Positions 61,639 through 64,000 of a stretch of 64,000 nt of DNA are shown here, in pieces. The notes beneath the pieces are model-generated. The model did no database searches. It was given only the letters and a program-made list of their open reading frames with translations, and was not told the origin of the DNA. A program made the translations under genes and the position numbers. The stretch lies in assembly GCA_963677925.2 (NCBI GenBank), contig CAXXYH010000003.1, positions 64,001-128,000 on the forward strand, written 5' to 3'. This DNA comes from Spirochaetia bacterium. GTDB lineage: Bacteria; Spirochaetota; Spirochaetia; UBA9216. How positions within the stretch are numbered: the first letter of the stretch is position 1; the number at the start of each line of letters is the position of its first letter.

Positions 61639-61739
61639 TATTACACCTCCAACTTTTTTATATCTAAAAATAAAAACTAAATATTAACTCGCCCGTCGGC
61701 CGGAGGTCCGGGCGTCTTATTCTTGTCAAGCTCATTGCG

Positions 61740-61830
61740 TAATAACGTTCCGGGGTTATGTGACGTACGGCGAAGCCGTATGTGGCGCAGCCCGAGGAGC
61801 GTAGTGACGAGCGAATAACCCTTGTTAGAC
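61740..61830 (-). repeat. Intact family-B attC-like site
   Basis: taataac gttccggggttat gtgacgtacggcGAAgccgtatgtggc...ataaccctt gttagac. Confidence 0.8.
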
Positions 61831-61879
61831 GATGTCACGAACCTTCTTCAAAGCCAAGCAACATGGATGTTGTTTGGCT

Positions 61880-62209
61880 TTAATCTATTAACATTTCCTG
61901 TAGCACATTCTTGACGAGATCTACTTCTTTTCTATTTATTTTACCAATCTTTTTAATTAATCTCTTCCTATCAACAGTTCTTAATTGATCTAAAACAATC
62001 CATCCATCTTTATTTTGAAACTTAACAGCTACACGAGTAGGATATGTATGTGATTTTGTTGTCATTGGAGCGATAATAATAGTCTGGATTGTTTCATTCA
62101 TTTCATTTGGTGAAATCACTAAACAAGGTCTTGTCTTTTTTATTTCATGGCCAACTGTTGGATCTAAGTTTATTAAATATACCTCATATTGATGAATTAC
62201 CATTCCCAT
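61880..62209 (-). CDS. mazF: PemK/MazF toxin
   Basis: NLDPTVGHEIKKTRPCLVIS, APMTT, DQLRTVD. Confidence 0.9.
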   Translation of the reverse strand: MGMVIHQYEVYLINLDPTVGHEIKKTRPCLVISPNEMNETIQTIIIAPMTTKSHTYPTRVAVKFQNKDGWIVLDQLRTVDRKRLIKKIGKINRKEVDLVKNVLQEMLID

Positions 62210-62445
62210 TCAAAATCACCCTGTTCAGTCAAATTGTCTAAAAGTAATGAATCATCCCCATTTTGATGCATCTTCATAAACTCTTCGGACCATCCTTCCC
62301 TTGGCTTTTTCTTTATTGGTCTAATCAGTATTTCTGTATTATGCACTTCTAATTCAACTTTTTCTTCAATATTTAACTGTTGCAAAATGCTCTTCGGAAT
62401 TCGTATTCCTTTTGAATTGCCTATAGGAACCACTGAAACTAACAT
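62197..62445 (-). CDS. mazE: AbrB/MazE antitoxin
   Basis: IGNSKGIRIPK; start MLVSV behind GAGG SD. Confidence 0.88.
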   Translation of the reverse strand: MLVSVVPIGNSKGIRIPKSILQQLNIEEKVELEVHNTEILIRPIKKKPREGWSEEFMKMHQNGDDSLLLDNLTEQGDFEWEW

Positions 62446-62460
62446 AATACACCTCTTTAT

Positions 62461-62493
62461 TGTAATTATATAGTAATTACATAAATTTGTCAA
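62461..62493 (-). promoter_or_regulatory. Consensus promoter with overlapping operator palindrome for mazEF
   Basis: TTGACA-17-TATAAT; tgtaattatatagtaattaca inverted repeat. Confidence 0.8.
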
Positions 62494-62546
62494 TCTTTGC
62501 TTGCCAAGGATGGCAAGCATCCTCTTTCTCTTAGGTTCGTGATTTC

Positions 62547-62642
62547 GTCTAACGCCCCGGGGTTATATGACGTTTTTATTTTTCTCAATTTTACCACCAA
62601 TTACCCGTATTTACCATTTCAAACTGTTTTACCATGTTGTGC
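62547..62642 (-). repeat. Left half of split family-B att site plus linker
   Basis: gtctaac gccccggggttatatgacgtttttatttt. Confidence 0.8.
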
Positions 62643-62781
62643 ATTTAACGACGATTTGAGTAGCGAAACCGGCCGAGTCTTCGAGGCTTGGCGTAGTTCT
62701 GGAACGTAGCGCGATCAGCGCGGAGTGTCTTTAGCCAGAACTATGACAAAGGTTTTGACTACTCCAAATCTCTTGTTATCT
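62643..62781 (-). repeat. attC family A
   Basis: atttaac...gttatct; appears identical to 52463-52601 internally. Confidence 0.9.
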
Positions 62782-62784
62782 ATA

Positions 62785-63438
62785 TTATTTTTCTTTATTT
62801 ATTAATTTTCTTATCAAAATTCCTCGTTCTGCAAAATATTTTTTAAATAGTTCCAATTGTATTTTGTAATTTTGTTGAGTTCTTATTTTATCTCCTGAAG
62901 GATTATTAATATAAATAGTATTGTTCAAATTATCGACACCTGATACAACAACAAGATGACCACCTTTTTCCCCATTATATGTCATATCCGGTTTACGGAT
63001 TAAATAATGTACCGACACAATAAATATATTGCCATCTAATGTTGCATTAAATATCTCATCTGTGTTTAAAGGTGAAACAGAGTTTGCATCTAACTGAAAT
63101 CTATCCTTTAAATATTCACAAAACGGTACATAAAATAATCCATCAATACTTTCCTTATTAACTTTATATCCACCATATTCAGTACATTCTTTTGCTAATT
63201 GGATTATAGGTGGTGAATCAATCTTCCAGTATTCTAAAATCATTTTCAAACATGCCATTCCGCAAATGTTTTTAGCCCATAATTCATATTCTTTAACATT
63301 ATTTGCTCCAGAATATTCCCATAAAGGATCATCTGTTGCTTGGATTTTACCAGATATAATTTCTCCTACTATCTCACGAGACATCCATTGTGAATAATAA
63401 GGCATTTCATTAAGTATAATTTTTTGACTATTAACCAT
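62785..63438 (-). CDS. Cassette: C39-like cysteine peptidase (copy 2)
   Basis: Near-identical to 52600-53241. Confidence 0.8.
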   Translation of the reverse strand: MVNSQKIILNEMPYYSQWMSREIVGEIISGKIQATDDPLWEYSGANNVKEYELWAKNICGMACLKMILEYWKIDSPPIIQLAKECTEYGGYKVNKESIDGLFYVPFCEYLKDRFQLDANSVSPLNTDEIFNATLDGNIFIVSVHYLIRKPDMTYNGEKGGHLVVVSGVDNLNNTIYINNPSGDKIRTQQNYKIQLELFKKYFAERGILIRKLINKEK

Positions 63439-63968
63439 TTTCCCAACTTAAAATTTGATAGACAATAATATAGAGCTTTATTCCCAATTTTTTTGGGTTA
63501 ATTCTATCACCTAACATAATCATTTACATTTATTCAATAGCTTAGTGCTTTTGTATATTCATATTCTTCTTATTTACCTCATAATACGGTAAAATCTATT
63601 CAAAGACATTAGATCTATTTCCGAATGTTCAGACCGAGCCTTATATACAAATTTCTAATAACCACATGTACAGAAATTCTTGTATTTTTTCATTTTAAAG
63701 CTGTTTTCAGACTATTGGAACTATATTTTATTAATTATTCTATATTGTTCTTTTGGATATAGGCAATTGTTAAGTAAGTCTTTAGCTGATAAATACTTAA
63801 TGATTTTAAATGCAATTGAAAATCATTAATTTCCTTTATTCTTATAATTCTTATAGGCTTAAGATTTTAATAACAAACTGCTTTTTTAAAGAATTCTAAT
63901 TGTATTAAGCTTGTACACTAATTCATTAGAAATTTGATGACAGAGTTATCCGCCTGTACCCGAATTAT

Positions 63969-64000
63969 AGATAACATATTAGATCCCAAGTTTTCTATAT
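63969..64000 (-). other. Probable attI junction (start of array)
   Basis: Core agataac is followed by atattagatccc..., not by any attC sequence seen here; truncated by window end. Confidence 0.5.

Larger units (their letters stand above)
19471..63975 (-). mobile_element. Integron gene-cassette array (~32 cassettes); integrase not in window
   Basis: 32 intact attC-like palindromes bounded by xxxTAAC...GTTxxxx; each cassette's two core sites are complementary; all cargo ORFs on the minus strand. Confidence 0.95.

Noticed and set aside
19516-62709. Recurrent + strand ORFs such as MAQFWNVA... (19516, 23402, 53817) and ORFs at 34317, 37327, 42286, 43612, 45858, 47380, 62497
   Set aside because: They are translations of attC repeats, antisense to the real cargo
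19471-62781. CRISPR or other guide-array reading of the repeats
   Set aside because: Repeats are 90-200 bp palindromes with GTT/AAC cores separated by whole genes, and there are no cas genes; they are attC sites
1-64000. Integron integrase, tRNA or rRNA genes
   Set aside because: No tyrosine-recombinase ORF or recognisable RNA gene seen in the window

Overview
The window has two parts. (1) 1-~19300 is an integrative-element/defence island. It carries an excisionase-like HTH gene, an AEP-primase/SF2-helicase fusion, a 1517-aa nuclease-STAND (Avs-like) ATPase, a type I RM operon (hsdM-hsdS-DNA-binding-Doc/Fic-hsdR) and a few accessory genes. (2) 19471-~63975 is a large, AT-rich integron cassette array read on the minus strand. 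It has 31 related, branched 'family A' attC sites and one intact plus three split 'family B' sites. Cargo is enriched in defence-like genes and TA modules. A probable attI junction lies at ~63975; no integrase is in the window. A spirochaete-like host is only an inference. The most unusual signal is a layered cassette architecture. Eleven unrelated cassettes have their cargo bracketed by strictly matched pairs of GGA-loop hairpins, in two classes that never mix. Three cassettes carry a family-B site split in two, which rejoins around a family-A attC when the cassette circularises (a nested attC within an attC). The array also has gene-less structured cassettes, attC sites with long inserted loops, and a duplicated first cassette. 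All protein calls come from motif recognition only, with no database search. Coordinates were counted by hand and may be off by a few bases.
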